Positions 36,078-46,554 of a stretch of 62,953 bases of DNA are shown here, piece after piece. Source of the stretch: Armatimonadia bacterium (GTDB lineage: Bacteria > Armatimonadota > Zipacnadia > Zipacnadales > UBA11051). Under the pieces are notes generated by a model. The model had not been told where the DNA came from. It saw only the letters and a list, made by a program, of their open reading frames with translations, and did no database searches. The stretch's first letter is position 1; every line of letters begins with the position of its first letter. Where the stretch lies: positions 1 to 62,953 of the forward strand of contig JBDKRC010000044.1 in assembly GCA_039683575.1 (NCBI GenBank). Reading direction: 5' to 3'. The position numbers were made by a program, and so were the translations under genes.

Positions 36078-37937
36078 CTACTTCCCTGCGCCCGGAGGAC
36101 CCCTCTCGGCTCTCGTACCCGCCAGTCGCCGACTTGTCAGGGTGCTGGCTGCGTTTGCTACGGTTACATTATTGCTGCCGTCTTTCACGTTTGCATGCAC
36201 GTTATGCTCAAGAATTCGTAACGCTTCCGAACCATCATAAACCCCAATTAGCACCGCCCTGGCCCGGTACGCCCCATAGGTCGCCAGCGTCTCTTGCAGA
36301 TACTTGTTGTGCTCCAGAAACAGCCACAGCGTCATGCCCTGCAGATGTGGCGCCTGCCACAGCGCCTTCCCCTGCTCCACGATCAGCCCCGCCGCCGACC
36401 GCGCATACTCCTCCGGAGGCATCATCACCGCGCCGTTCATGAACTGGTGGCCCTCGATCACCACCAGTGTCCGCCCCCGCTTGGTCAAAGCCTGCAGATC
36501 CGCCAGCGCGCCAGCCGGTGTCATAGCCATCTGCCGCGTCACCTCCAGGGCAAAGACGGGTGCATGCGCCTGAGCCGCGCTCAGGTTGGTCGTCATCAGA
36601 CACGTCGCCCCGAGCCTCCGGCACTCCTCCAGCGCCGCCAGTTCATTCGACTTCGACCCCAAAGTCCGCCAGCAAGCAACCCCCTCATTAGCCCCCACCG
36701 ACACCAGCCAAACGACAGCAATCCCCAATAACCATCGCTTCGATGGTAGGAACGCTCCACCAACCGCAACCGAACGCTCTTCAGCTGTAGGGCGGGGGCT
36801 CGTACCCCGCCGGCCGTTATCCCCGACCAACTCACGCGTCCCCCACAACCTCTCCCAAAGCCCCCAGACCCCATACCCTCCCAGCATCGCCACCACCGGC
36901 GCCAGCCACGAGTTGTACCTTAAATATGGTATCAGCACCGCCGCCTGCACCGCCGGCAGGACCACTAACGACGCCACCTTGAGCACGCGCCCGTCTCTCT
37001 GCCTCCACGCCCACCAGACGCCGACCACCGCCGCCGTCACCACCACCAGCCCATAGTGTCCCGCCATCCACAGCCAATCCACATATCCGCTGCCGAGATA
37101 CTCCGGCCGCAAGCTCTCCTGTCCGCGCGCAAACCGCCGCAATTGCGCGAAATACGACTCCAGCTCAAACCCAAACCGTCCCAGCACCCGGTTCGCCACC
37201 ACGTACGGCAGCTCATAGCCCCCCAGCATCACCGCGAACCCGCCGGCGACTGCCAGCGCGTGAGCCCACCACCGCCGCCCGCTCCCGGCGCTCCTCCAGA
37301 CCAGCACCCACGGCACCAGCATCAAGACCCGCAGGTTGATCCCAAACGCCAACCCCGCCAGACACCCCAACCAGACTGACCTCAGCAGATCAGTCTTGTG
37401 GGAGGGGTCTCCAGACCCCGACTGCTCCAGTTCCTCCCACTTCAGCCACAGCCACACAACCAGCAGCACCACTGCCGTAGCAGCGGCTTCCGGCAGTCCC
37501 AGCCGGCGATACGTGAGAAAGTAGGGGCAAAGAGCGAGGAAGAACGTCGCGAGGAGTGCAGGGCCCTCTCCCGAGAGCCGCCGCATTATAATAAAGGTAA
37601 GCCACAGACACAGAACCCCCGCCAGAACCGACACCAGCCCCGGCGCCCAGACCCTCTCCCCCGCCACGCCGATTGCCGCGGCGTTCAGCAGCACATTCAC
37701 CGGCCGCCCCATCCGCGGCGGCAGCGCCACCAGTCTTTCCCGTGCCTGCTCCCCCGAGACACGTCCGCCAAGCACTCCCGGCGCCAGGCGCGCTGCCTGC
37801 ACGAGGTACCGGGCCTCATCATAATATACGCCTTCATCCCAGGCATGGAGATCGCGAGTGGTGAGTCCATACAGCCCGGAGAACAAGCCCCAGGCGAGGA
37901 GCAACAGGAGCACGAGGAGGGTCAGGTTGCGTCGCAT
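36078..37937 (-). CDS. ArnT/PMT-type (GT-C) membrane glycosyltransferase with in-frame REP insertions
   Basis: WDEGVY after TM1; RP motif; many TM helices; YLRY; REP-derived peptides in loops. Confidence 0.8.
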   Translation of the reverse strand: MRRNLTLLVLLLLLAWGLFSGLYGLTTRDLHAWDEGVYYDEARYLVQAARLAPGVLGGRVSGEQARERLVALPPRMGRPVNVLLNAAAIGVAGERVWAPGLVSVLAGVLCLWLTFIIMRRLSGEGPALLATFFLALCPYFLTYRRLGLPEAAATAVVLLVVWLWLKWEELEQSGSGDPSHKTDLLRSVWLGCLAGLAFGINLRVLMLVPWVLVWRSAGSGRRWWAHALAVAGGFAVMLGGYELPYVVANRVLGRFGFELESYFAQLRRFARGQESLRPEYLGSGYVDWLWMAGHYGLVVVTAAVVGVWWAWRQRDGRVLKVASLVVLPAVQAAVLIPYLRYNSWLAPVVAMLGGYGVWGLWERLWGTRELVGDNGRRGTSPRPTAEERSVAVGGAFLPSKRWLLGIAVVWLVSVGANEGVACWRTLGSKSNELAALEECRRLGATCLMTTNLSAAQAHAPVFALEVTRQMAMTPAGALADLQALTKRGRTLVVIEGHQFMNGAVMMPPEEYARSAAGLIVEQGKALWQAPHLQGMTLWLFLEHNKYLQETLATYGAYRARAVLIGVYDGSEALRILEHNVHANVKDGSNNVTVANAASTLTSRRLAGTRAERGPPGAGK

Positions 37938-38109
37938 GTAGTCCGGTGTAGTCTGCAAAGTGCGCCGCAAAGTGTCGCGTAGGTCGGTTCGTCCTCGAAC
38001 CGACACTCCGTCACATCGTCCGCGTAGGCCGGTTCGTCCCCGAACCGGCACTGCGTCTACCACCATAAGTCTGCCGCATCAGCCCGCGCTTGGCAAGGCT
38101 TTTCTCGCA

Positions 38110-38147
38110 CAAAACGAAGCGGGGCAGGCGACCTCGCCTGCCCCGCT
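38110..38147 (-). terminator. Intrinsic terminator after the DUF1559 gene
   Basis: AGCGGGGCAGGCGA/TCGCCTGCCCCGCT stem with an adjacent U-rich tract on the minus strand. Confidence 0.7.
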
Positions 38148-38168
38148 GATTCTCCTGATTGCCTGCCG

Positions 38169-38720
38169 CTACGGCACCCACGGCAGCACATACGTCGTCG
38201 GCAACGGCCCTTTCTGCCACTTCGCATGCCCATCCACGTAGTTCATGTTGCACCCCTCATTGTGCCGGTACTCCACGCGCGTCGGATTGTTGTTGTACTG
38301 CAGAAACCGGACGTTCGAGTCCGCCATCATCATCGTCTCCGAGGGCGTGTTGCACGTAGCCAGCGACCTGCCCGGTGAGTTCAGGAACACATTCGCATTG
38401 TCACCATAGTCGGGGTACCACGCAACGAAGGTGGCCGCACTCGGGCAGTGGTACATCTGCTCGTTCTTTACGTACGGATACAGCGCCGTATACCAGGGGC
38501 AGTAGTACGTCCCGACCAGGTAGTCCTGCAGCGGAAACTTCTCGTCATAGTCCTGAACATAAGCCAGGGCCGCCGTGCCCCACTGCCGCAAGTTAGAAAG
38601 ACACGACGTCTGCCGCGCCTTTTCCCGGGCCTTGGCAAATACCGGGAACAGAATCGCCGCCAAAATGGCGATGATCGCGATAACCACCAGCAGCTCGATG
38701 AGCGTAAATCCTCGTCGCAA
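38169..38720 (-). CDS. Prepilin-type N-terminal cleavage/methylation protein (DUF1559, H-X9-DG motif)
   Basis: [67 protein letters not shown]. Confidence 0.92.
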   Translation of the reverse strand: MRRGFTLIELLVVIAIIAILAAILFPVFAKAREKARQTSCLSNLRQWGTAALAYVQDYDEKFPLQDYLVGTYYCPWYTALYPYVKNEQMYHCPSAATFVAWYPDYGDNANVFLNSPGRSLATCNTPSETMMMADSNVRFLQYNNNPTRVEYRHNEGCNMNYVDGHAKWQKGPLPTTYVLPWVP

Positions 38721-39115
38721 TGGACTAGCCTCCTACTAATATGGTAGTACCTGACGAACAGTAATTCGCCGTGCCCCCGAGATGACCTTCATCGCCTCTG
38801 CACCGCCTGGGTGGCCTGCTCCGGCACCTCCCGAACGAGAAAGGTCTGGAAAGCTGGGTAGAGGTGGCGACCAGACGCCGCCGGAGTGCTGCCGCTATTG
38901 CCTGGGGGATACGGGGGGCCTGATTCCGCACCGGCAACTGACACGGGCGGAGTCGGATAATCCGGCCCTGAGGCCGGTCACGCGGGCGACGCACCTGAGC
39001 CGCACGCGGCTGCTGCGCGGGCTGGCGGTGCGGTGCAGCGGCGAACTGAAGCACCGGCTTGGACGCCTAGCCCCCCGGCGCCATCCCCCCGCAGACCGTC
39101 TACCGTGAGCGCCTA

Positions 39116-39991
39116 CTAGCCCGGCTGGGGATGGAGACGCCCCAGTTTGACCTGCAGGCGCCCCCAGAGGATGCCGGGAAGGATCACCATGCCCAGGGCG
39201 ATGGCATCCGGCCCGCGCTTGACGGCACTCACCGCCTTGTGGCTCATCTCCCACTGACGACCTATCGCGATATCATTGTAGCCTGACCAGAAGGCCCGCC
39301 GCAGGATGTATGGCAGGCGCATGCGTTCGGGGGGAACTTTGTGGTACACCACCGCCGACGGCTCGAACCAGAGGCTGTGGCCAGAGCTGCGGACGCGGCG
39401 CCCGACCGAGATATCCCCTCCGCCCGTCACGCCGCTGGCGCCAATGCGGCCCGGGGCTACCCCGAAGTAGTTCGCATCCAGCAGGGCCGCGCGGGTATAC
39501 AGGGCGTTGCCCCCCAGGAGCCACTCCACCGGCGCGCGGGCCTCGCCGAAATCCATAAAGCTCAGGGTCTCTTGCATGCAACGGGACTTGAGCAGCCAAC
39601 GGGGGGGAGACGCCTGCCAAAGCGGTTGGTACGGCCCGCCAACACCCCCTGCGCCGGTTTCATCCATGGCAGCCAGCAACCGTGTAAGCCAGTCCGGTGA
39701 CGCCACCTCGTCGTCATCCAGGAAAGCCAGCAAATCGCCGGAGGCCTCCAGGCAGCCGCGGTTGCGCGCCACGTTGACACCTGGCTGGTCCTCATACAGA
39801 TACCGCAAGCGCGGCTCGTGGAGCGCCAGACCCTGGACCACTTCCGCCGTCCCGTCGGTGGAGCGATTGTCGATGACCAGTACCTCTAGCTGTGAGTGCT
39901 CCTGTGCAAACAACGACTGCAGAGTCTCCAGCAGATCGTTGAGGCGGTTATGGGTCGGCACTATGACGCTGACCAAGCACGCAGAATGCAT
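39116..39991 (-). CDS. Glycosyltransferase family 2
   Basis: VSVIVPTHNR; IDNRSTDGT; ARNRG; AFLDDD. Confidence 0.92.
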   Translation of the reverse strand: MHSACLVSVIVPTHNRLNDLLETLQSLFAQEHSQLEVLVIDNRSTDGTAEVVQGLALHEPRLRYLYEDQPGVNVARNRGCLEASGDLLAFLDDDEVASPDWLTRLLAAMDETGAGGVGGPYQPLWQASPPRWLLKSRCMQETLSFMDFGEARAPVEWLLGGNALYTRAALLDANYFGVAPGRIGASGVTGGGDISVGRRVRSSGHSLWFEPSAVVYHKVPPERMRLPYILRRAFWSGYNDIAIGRQWEMSHKAVSAVKRGPDAIALGMVILPGILWGRLQVKLGRLHPQPG

Positions 39992-40199
39992 TCGTTACCC
40001 CTGTGAGTACTGCCACGGATGTAGCGGTTTCAGACCTTCTTGCGCCCGAGCATCCACAAATGGTAGTGGAAAACTGAGATAGTGCGTATCAGGAAGATAG
40101 GAAATCAGGAAGTCGGTCTCACCGAATTCCGCCTTCGAAATGTTGCAGGTCCCTCCCCTCCCGACTGTTCTCCGTCTTCCGTCTGCTGTTTTTGCCGTT

Positions 40200-40215
40200 T
40201 GGCCCCATTCTTGCA
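40200..40215 (+). promoter_or_regulatory. Sigma54 (-24/-12) promoter of flhA
   Basis: TGGCCCCATTCTTGCA (TGGC-N7-TTGCA, GG-N10-GC spacing). Confidence 0.65.
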
Positions 40216-40231
40216 GCCTCCCCTTCCACCC

Positions 40232-42289
40232 ATGCTCAAGCACCCCGCCGCAAACGCCGACATACTCATGGCTGTCGGGCTCATCGGCCTCATCGGGATG
40301 ATGCTCATCCCCTTGCCGCCACTGCTGCTCGACCTGCTCCTCGCGCTCAACCTCACCCTCTCGCTCACCATCCTCCTCCTCGCCATGTACGTCCAGCGTC
40401 CCCTGGACTTCTCCGTCCTCCCGTCGCTGCTGCTGGTCACCACCCTCTTCCGGCTCGCGCTTAACATCTCATCCACCCGCCTCATTCTCCTCCACGCCTC
40501 GGCAGGGCGCGTCATCGAGTGCTTCGGCCAGTTCGTGGTCGGCGGCGACCTCCTCGTCGGCTGCGTGATCTTCATCATCCTCATTGTGATTCAGTTCGTG
40601 GTCATCACCAACGGCGCCGGCCGCGTTGCCGAAGTCGCCGCCCGCTTCTGCCTCGACGAGATGCCCGGCAAGCAGATGAGCGTTGACGCCGACCTCAACG
40701 CCGGCCTGATCCCCGAGGACGAGGCCCGCGCCCGCCGTCGCGACATCGAGCGCGAGGCCGACTTCTACGGCTCCATGGACGGTGCCAGCAAGTTCATCCG
40801 CGGCGATGCCATCGCCGGCATCGTCATTGTCTGCATCAACATCCTCGGCGGCATCGCCATCGGCGCGGGCCGCATGGGCATGCCCATCGGTGAGGCCCTC
40901 CAGCGTTACGCCCTGCTAACCGTCGGCGACGGCCTCGTCAGCCAGATCCCCGCCCTGCTCATCTCCACCGCCACCGGTATCGTGGTGACCCGCTCCGCCT
41001 CCGAGCGCGACCTCGGCAGCGACGTCCTGGGTCAGCTACTCGCCCACCCCCGCGCCCTCAGCGTGGTCAGCGTCATGCTCTTCTCCCTCGGCCTCGTCCC
41101 CGGCCTGCCCAAGTTCAGCTTTCTCCTCCTCGGCGCCGGCACCGGCCTTGTCGCCTGGCAGGTAACTCGCGCCAGAAAGCAGGCCGCCCGCCCCTCAGCC
41201 GCCGAGGCCAAGCCCCGCGCCGCCGCCGCTGAAGACGACGCTCTCCCGCCAGTGGACCGCCTCAGTCTCGACGTCGGTTACGGCCTCATTGGCCTGCTCG
41301 AAGACACCCACGGCCCCGGCTTGCTAAGCCGCATCACCGCCCTGCGCCGCCAACTCTCCCGCGACCTCGGCCTCCTCATCCCGCCCGTCCGGGTCCGCGA
41401 CGACATCTCGCTGCAGCCCAACGAGTACGTCATCCGCCTGCGCGGCAGCGAGCGCGCCCGTGGCCAGGCCCGCCCCGGCTCTCTGCTCGCCATGCCCGGC
41501 GACGCCAACCCGCCGCCCCTTCCCGGCGACGAGACCCGCGAGCCGGTCTTTGACCTCCCCGCGTGGTGGATCCAGCCCGAGCACCAGCTTCAGGCCGAGA
41601 CGCGCGGCTACACCGTCGTCGAACCCGCTGCGGTCCTCGCCACCCACCTCAGCGAGACCATCCGCGCCCACGCTGCCGAGGTACTCACCCGCCAGGACGT
41701 CGCCGACCTCATCGAGCAGGTCCGCGCCACCGAACCCGCCGTCATCACCGAGCTAATCCCCGACCTCGCGGGAGTAGGCCAAATCCACCAGGCCCTCCGC
41801 CAGCTACTGGACGAGAGCCTCGCCATTCGCGACCTGCCTGCCCTCCTCGAGGCCTTAGCCGACGGCCTCCGCCTCACGCCCAGCCTCCAGCAAGCGGTCG
41901 AATACGTCCGCATGACCCAGGCCGAGGCCATCTGCGAGCGCCTCGCCGGCGACAAGCGCCAGATCCACGCCATCTCCCTCGCCCCCGACCTCGAGCAACT
42001 GGTCCAGGAAAGCCTGGTCCAGACCAACGAGGGCCTCGTCTGCGCCCTCCCGCCCGAGGCCTCCCGGCACCTCAGCAACCAGATCACCAACCTTCTCGAA
42101 AAGACCGGTATCACAGGCCAGGACCCAGTAATCCTGACCTCCCCTCAATCTCGCCCCCACGTAAGAAGCGCCCTGGCCCGCACCTTCCCCCGCCTCCCCG
42201 TAATCAGCTACGCCGAAATCGCCCCGCAAGTCCAAATCCAAGTCCAAGCCCAACTAACCTCCCCACCAGCCCTAACCCTCGCCTCCTGA
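40232..42289 (+). CDS. flhA: Flagellar export gate protein FlhA
   Basis: FRLALNISSTRLIL; RVAEVAARFCLDEMPGKQMSVDADLNAG; FYGSMDGASKFIRGDAIAG; LTVGDGLVSQIP. Confidence 0.97.
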   Translation: MLKHPAANADILMAVGLIGLIGMMLIPLPPLLLDLLLALNLTLSLTILLLAMYVQRPLDFSVLPSLLLVTTLFRLALNISSTRLILLHASAGRVIECFGQFVVGGDLLVGCVIFIILIVIQFVVITNGAGRVAEVAARFCLDEMPGKQMSVDADLNAGLIPEDEARARRRDIEREADFYGSMDGASKFIRGDAIAGIVIVCINILGGIAIGAGRMGMPIGEALQRYALLTVGDGLVSQIPALLISTATGIVVTRSASERDLGSDVLGQLLAHPRALSVVSVMLFSLGLVPGLPKFSFLLLGAGTGLVAWQVTRARKQAARPSAAEAKPRAAAAEDDALPPVDRLSLDVGYGLIGLLEDTHGPGLLSRITALRRQLSRDLGLLIPPVRVRDDISLQPNEYVIRLRGSERARGQARPGSLLAMPGDANPPPLPGDETREPVFDLPAWWIQPEHQLQAETRGYTVVEPAAVLATHLSETIRAHAAEVLTRQDVADLIEQVRATEPAVITELIPDLAGVGQIHQALRQLLDESLAIRDLPALLEALADGLRLTPSLQQAVEYVRMTQAEAICERLAGDKRQIHAISLAPDLEQLVQESLVQTNEGLVCALPPEASRHLSNQITNLLEKTGITGQDPVILTSPQSRPHVRSALARTFPRLPVISYAEIAPQVQIQVQAQLTSPPALTLAS

Positions 42290-42738
42290 CCTCTCCAATC
42301 CAGCGCCTCTCGTTGCCTTTCGGTGGGCGGGCATTCTCCGGCCGCTCGGACCAAGCTCCAACAGAACTCCCCGCACGCCCTCAACGCAGCTTCATGTATC
42401 AGTCTGCGCGACACTGCGTGCCGAGGCTCGCGAACGCTAACGCTTCACAGCTTCCGCACGTTTCCCGCGAAGCGGCGACTGAAAGTGGTCACGGAGAGGT
42501 GCAGCTTCCTCTTGGCCGCGATGATCTGCAGGTGACGACGGGTAACTCAGCTATGGCTTTGGGAAGTGCAACATTAGGATGCCTAGAGGTTCTATGCGCT
42601 AACCGCAACGGGCAGCGCTATGGTACCTTGTCATCTGGGAGAGCCCAGCAGAGTGTGAAGGCCGCGCGCAGTGCCGGCAGCCTTCCCACTCTGTTAACCG
42701 GTGGAGCATCATCACCGGTTGCGGCCATTCTGCGGAGT

Positions 42739-44373
42739 CTAAAGAGCTACAGGCAGACGTGCGAGTAGACACTTCAGAGGGGCCTGATCGTACGTGCCTG
42801 TCGGCTCGGTTCCCTCGGCGAATGCACGTGCCTCACTAAGGGCTCCACGCCTGACAAGTATACCCACCACGCGGCCTCTCATTGTCATCTCGCGATCGCG
42901 ATCACGCATCGCCTGCACAAAGAGGGGCACAGCCGCCTTTATCGCATCCCCCTCTGATACTACTGCGAAGTTCCCCTCTTCGTCTCGCACAAGTGAACGG
43001 TTCAGAATGTGGATTGCAAGGTTGCTGTACCGGCTTCCATCACGTGGATCGCAGAGCACAGCCTCCTCAAACTCGCAATAGGCCTCTTCGATGCGCCTCT
43101 GATCATCAAGGAAGTCCCCATAGAAGGAATGTGTGCTGTCGTCATTCGAGAAGGCTTCCAATGTCCTCCTAAACTCTCTTTCCGCCTCGTCGGTCAGACC
43201 TACTTCCGCCAATCCACGCGCGCGGTTCCGCCCAAGCAACGCCGTAAACCCTGTGACCGGCTCGGCTGTCTCCGCAACTGGTACTACCCAGTCCCACCTT
43301 CCCAGATGATTATAGAGATTGAACAGCACAGCTAGTGCCGGCGTAATCTGCGCAACCGGCATTTTGGGTTTGCCCGTCAACTTGGGCACGCCATTCTGGT
43401 GCTCAATTCCCAACAACTCCTCAAGTACTACTCTTCCGCGTTCCTTCAGATCGGGATCAGCGCCGTCGTCGTAGCTGTCGACGAGCGCCAATTTCAGTGT
43501 TAGCTCGCCGGGAAACCGACGTGTCGCGATCTCAAGGGTGGCTCGCCGATGGTCCAACAGCCCCTGTTGTCTGCACAGGCGTGCTATCTCTGCGTAATCG
43601 TTTGAGTCGAGATAGGGGCTGCGAAGTACCTCTCTTAGTTCGCGAATAAACCCTTCAGCGCCGTTGCTCTCCATGGCAGTCCTGAGACGCAACAGAACAT
43701 GCTGGCCGCTTGATTTCCATCGTGTGTTGGCGTCGTCCAATACAGCATCTACGTCAACTCCCTCACTTGGGCCTCCGCTCCATTGTGGATCGATCTCTTC
43801 CAGCCTCTTCCGCAGGGACTGCTCAACATCGGACATCTCCTCCAACCTGCTCTGCAGTTCGGCCATTCGTGCTCGTACAGCTTCATCACCCGTAGACCGC
43901 AGGTCAAGAGGCAGTCCAGGCAACGCATCATGCACTGGATTGTCAGAGTGTGTCGGGTCGTCGTCTCGCTTGCGGATTGCAGTGGATATGGCTGCTATCG
44001 CTACCGGCGCGTCAGCCAGATCGGTGCTATACTGCACCGCCCGGTACTGTCGTATATCGAAGGGAATGGTATGAGCTTTGTCCACTATGTGGACGGTACC
44101 ACTCTTGCGCAGTACGTGGCGGATTCCCAACTCGAAGAGAACATTTGCGTTAGCCCCAGTGAGATCAGCGATCACAGCGTCTGAGTTGGCCAGGTCCTGA
44201 ATAATATCGTGTGTGATATTGCCTGGCGCCCCCCCTATGTCACTCCGTTTGACCTCGTACCCCGCCTTAGTAACCGCTGGCTCGATGATCCCAAGAAAGA
44301 CGCCGTCGTAGTGTCGGCGAGCTTCCTCATCGTCCCCACCGTACGGCATTATAACGAAACACTTTTTAGCCAT
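42739..44373 (-). CDS. NDT/deoxyribohydrolase (TIR-like fold) domain fused to coiled coil and TPR repeats; candidate defence gene
   Basis: CFVIMPY...ITHDIIQDLANSDAVIADLTGANANVLFELGIRH...PFDIRQYR; TPR-like C-terminus; visibly lower GC and different codon usage. Confidence 0.75.
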   Translation of the reverse strand: MAKKCFVIMPYGGDDEEARRHYDGVFLGIIEPAVTKAGYEVKRSDIGGAPGNITHDIIQDLANSDAVIADLTGANANVLFELGIRHVLRKSGTVHIVDKAHTIPFDIRQYRAVQYSTDLADAPVAIAAISTAIRKRDDDPTHSDNPVHDALPGLPLDLRSTGDEAVRARMAELQSRLEEMSDVEQSLRKRLEEIDPQWSGGPSEGVDVDAVLDDANTRWKSSGQHVLLRLRTAMESNGAEGFIRELREVLRSPYLDSNDYAEIARLCRQQGLLDHRRATLEIATRRFPGELTLKLALVDSYDDGADPDLKERGRVVLEELLGIEHQNGVPKLTGKPKMPVAQITPALAVLFNLYNHLGRWDWVVPVAETAEPVTGFTALLGRNRARGLAEVGLTDEAEREFRRTLEAFSNDDSTHSFYGDFLDDQRRIEEAYCEFEEAVLCDPRDGSRYSNLAIHILNRSLVRDEEGNFAVVSEGDAIKAAVPLFVQAMRDRDREMTMRGRVVGILVRRGALSEARAFAEGTEPTGTYDQAPLKCLLARLPVAL

Positions 44374-44653
44374 GACATTGCCCCTTCTCCGTTTCTGTTT
44401 GCCAGAGATATTAGTAGCTTCTTCCTAACATTCCACAGTCCTCCTTGTATCTTGCCGCTGAGAGTGTGTTCTGGGTGATGGAGCCAACCGTCGCCTGCAT
44501 CCATGCTTGCTTGAGCGCCGGGCATGCACTGCCGCACCATCTTTGCCCTCCGCCTGTTCGGATGGGTGCTGCCCCGACGATTACCAACTGCCTCTCGTCT
44601 TGCCCCTCCCCATCATTGTAATCCCCCTATTTGTGTCCAGCAAATCTCTCCCC

Positions 44654-44680
44654 TCAAGCCCCCACCTCCCCCGCCGATAA
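44654..44680 (+). promoter_or_regulatory. Sigma28-type promoter of flgF
   Basis: TCAA-N15-GCCGATAA, 25 nt upstream of ATG 44706. Confidence 0.8.
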
Positions 44681-44705
44681 CTCCTCTGGAGGGAGGGAAC
44701 CCCCA

Positions 44706-45392
44706 ATGATTCGTGGCCTCTACGCCGCCGCCAGCGGCATGATCGCCCAGATGGCCCGGCAGGACGTCTACGCCGGCAATCTCGCTAACGCCAACTCCGT
44801 CGGTCACCGCCGGGGGCAGGTAGTGATGGGCTCCTTCGAGGCCGACCTCGCCGCCCAGACCGCCACCGGCGGCACCCGCGCCCTCCCCGCGAGCCTCGAC
44901 CTCTCCCAGGGCCCCGTCAGTACCACCAACCGCAACCTTGACCTCGCCCTGGACGGCCCGGGCTTCTTCACAGTCCAGACTCCCACCGGCCTCGCCTACA
45001 CTCGCGACGGCCGCCTCCAACTCGACTCCGAGAAGCACTTGGTGACCGCCGCCGGCTACCCGGTTCTCAGCGACTCCGGCCCAATCACCCTCCGCTCCGC
45101 AAGCTTCACCATCACCGAGGCCGGCGAAGTCCACTCCCAGGGCCAGACCATCGGCAAGCTCCGCATCACAAATCTAACCAACCCCACACCCACCGGCAAC
45201 AGCCTTTACACCGGCACGCCCTCACCCTCCACCCAATACGCCATCAAGCAGGGCGCCCTGGAGCAATCCAACGTCAACGCCATCCAGGAGATGGGTCGCA
45301 TGATGAACGGCTACCGCCTCTACGAAGCCAACGCCACGGCCCTGCGCTACCAGGACGAAACCCTGAGCAGCCTGATGCGCCTCGGTCAATGA
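44706..45392 (+). CDS. flgF: Flagellar rod protein FlgF
   Basis: MIRGLYAAASGM...NLANANS; LDLALDGPGFF; YTRDG; LEQSNVN. Confidence 0.9.
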   Translation: MIRGLYAAASGMIAQMARQDVYAGNLANANSVGHRRGQVVMGSFEADLAAQTATGGTRALPASLDLSQGPVSTTNRNLDLALDGPGFFTVQTPTGLAYTRDGRLQLDSEKHLVTAAGYPVLSDSGPITLRSASFTITEAGEVHSQGQTIGKLRITNLTNPTPTGNSLYTGTPSPSTQYAIKQGALEQSNVNAIQEMGRMMNGYRLYEANATALRYQDETLSSLMRLGQ

Positions 45393-45395
45393 GGC

Positions 45396-45484
45396 GAAAA
45401 CAGAAAACAGAAAACAGAAAACGGGAAGACCGAAAACTGAGACCTGCGCTCTGACTGTTTTCCGTTTTCTGTCCCGCGTTTTCA
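45396..45484. repeat. 7-bp periodic GAAAAC(A/G) repeats with an inverted counterpart
   Basis: GAAAACAGAAAACAGAAAACAGAAAACGG ... CTGTTTTCCGTTTTCTG. Also at 47677, 58863, 59039 and 59761. Confidence 0.8.
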
Positions 45485-45502
45485 TCACCGAAGGTGATCA
45501 AA

Positions 45503-46291
45503 ATGATGCGCGCTCTATGGTCCGCTGCCAGCGGCATGGTTGCCCAACAACTCAATGTTGACACCATCGCCAACAATCTCGCCAACGTGAACACGGCAGG
45601 CTTCAAGCGCGAGCGGGTGGACTTTCAAGACCTCATGTACCAGACCATGAGCACTGCCGGCACTCCTATCGCTCAGGGTGTGCAACTCCCCACCGGCATC
45701 CACGTCGGCCTCGGCACCCGCGCCGCTGCGACGACCAAGATCTTCAGCCAGGGGACCTTCCAGGAGACCGGCAACGCCCTTGACCTCGTGATTGAGGGCG
45801 ACGGCTTCTTCCAGATCACCACCCCCAGCGGTGAGACCGCCTATACCCGCGCGGGAGCCTTCAAACTCGACAGCGGCGGCAACATCGTCACCCCTGACGG
45901 CTACCCGCTCGAACCCGCCATCACCATCCCGCCCAATGCCTCCACGGTCTCAGTGGGCGCTGACGGCACCGTGGCGGTGACTCTCGCCGGCCAGACCGCG
46001 CCGCAGACCATCGGCCAGATCACCGTCGCCCGCTTCGCCAACCCTGCGGGCCTGCGCAGCATGGGCCACAGCCTCTACGCCGTCACCGCCGCCACGGGCA
46101 ACGCCGACGTAGGCACTCCCGGCCAGGATGGCCGGGGCCAGATCGCCCAGGGCGTCCTCGAGCTATCGAACGTGCAGGTAGTGGAGGAGATGGTCAACAT
46201 GATCACCGCCCAAAGAGCCTACGAGGCCAACTCGCAGGCCATCAAGGTAGCCGACGACATGCTCCAGACCGCCAACAACACCCGTCGCTAA
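45503..46291 (+). CDS. flgG: Flagellar distal rod protein FlgG
   Basis: [47 protein letters not shown]. Confidence 0.95.
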   Translation: MMRALWSAASGMVAQQLNVDTIANNLANVNTAGFKRERVDFQDLMYQTMSTAGTPIAQGVQLPTGIHVGLGTRAAATTKIFSQGTFQETGNALDLVIEGDGFFQITTPSGETAYTRAGAFKLDSGGNIVTPDGYPLEPAITIPPNASTVSVGADGTVAVTLAGQTAPQTIGQITVARFANPAGLRSMGHSLYAVTAATGNADVGTPGQDGRGQIAQGVLELSNVQVVEEMVNMITAQRAYEANSQAIKVADDMLQTANNTRR

Positions 46292-46431
46292 TCAACCTCA
46301 AAACCAGTAGTACGGGCGTCTCGCCCGCAGGGTACCCGCCTCCCCAACCCGTAGGGCGGGCGGCTCGCCCGCCGTCTTTGGAGGGGCCGAGCTTCAGCCG
46401 GCCCTGCCGTTGTCACCGACCAGCAATCGCC

Positions 46432-46519
46432 CAAAATGGGGACGGAGCCTTCACGCCGATGGAGGCTTCATGGAATCCACCAGACCCAACGTCGGCGCGA
46501 AGGCTCCGTCCCCATTTTG
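46432..46519. mobile_element. 88-bp MITE/REPIN-like hairpin element, copy 1
   Basis: Terminal inverted repeat CAAAATGGGGACGGAGCCTTC(A/G)CGCCGA; near-identical copy at 47727. Confidence 0.7.
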
Positions 46520-46554
46520 ACCAACACGTGTCGCAGACCAACCACAACACCAAC

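Noticed and set aside
38725-39110. ORFs or ncRNA between the GT2 and DUF1559 genes
   Set aside because: The ORFs are Arg/Pro-rich with no motif or SD, and the hairpins are unremarkable for this GC content.
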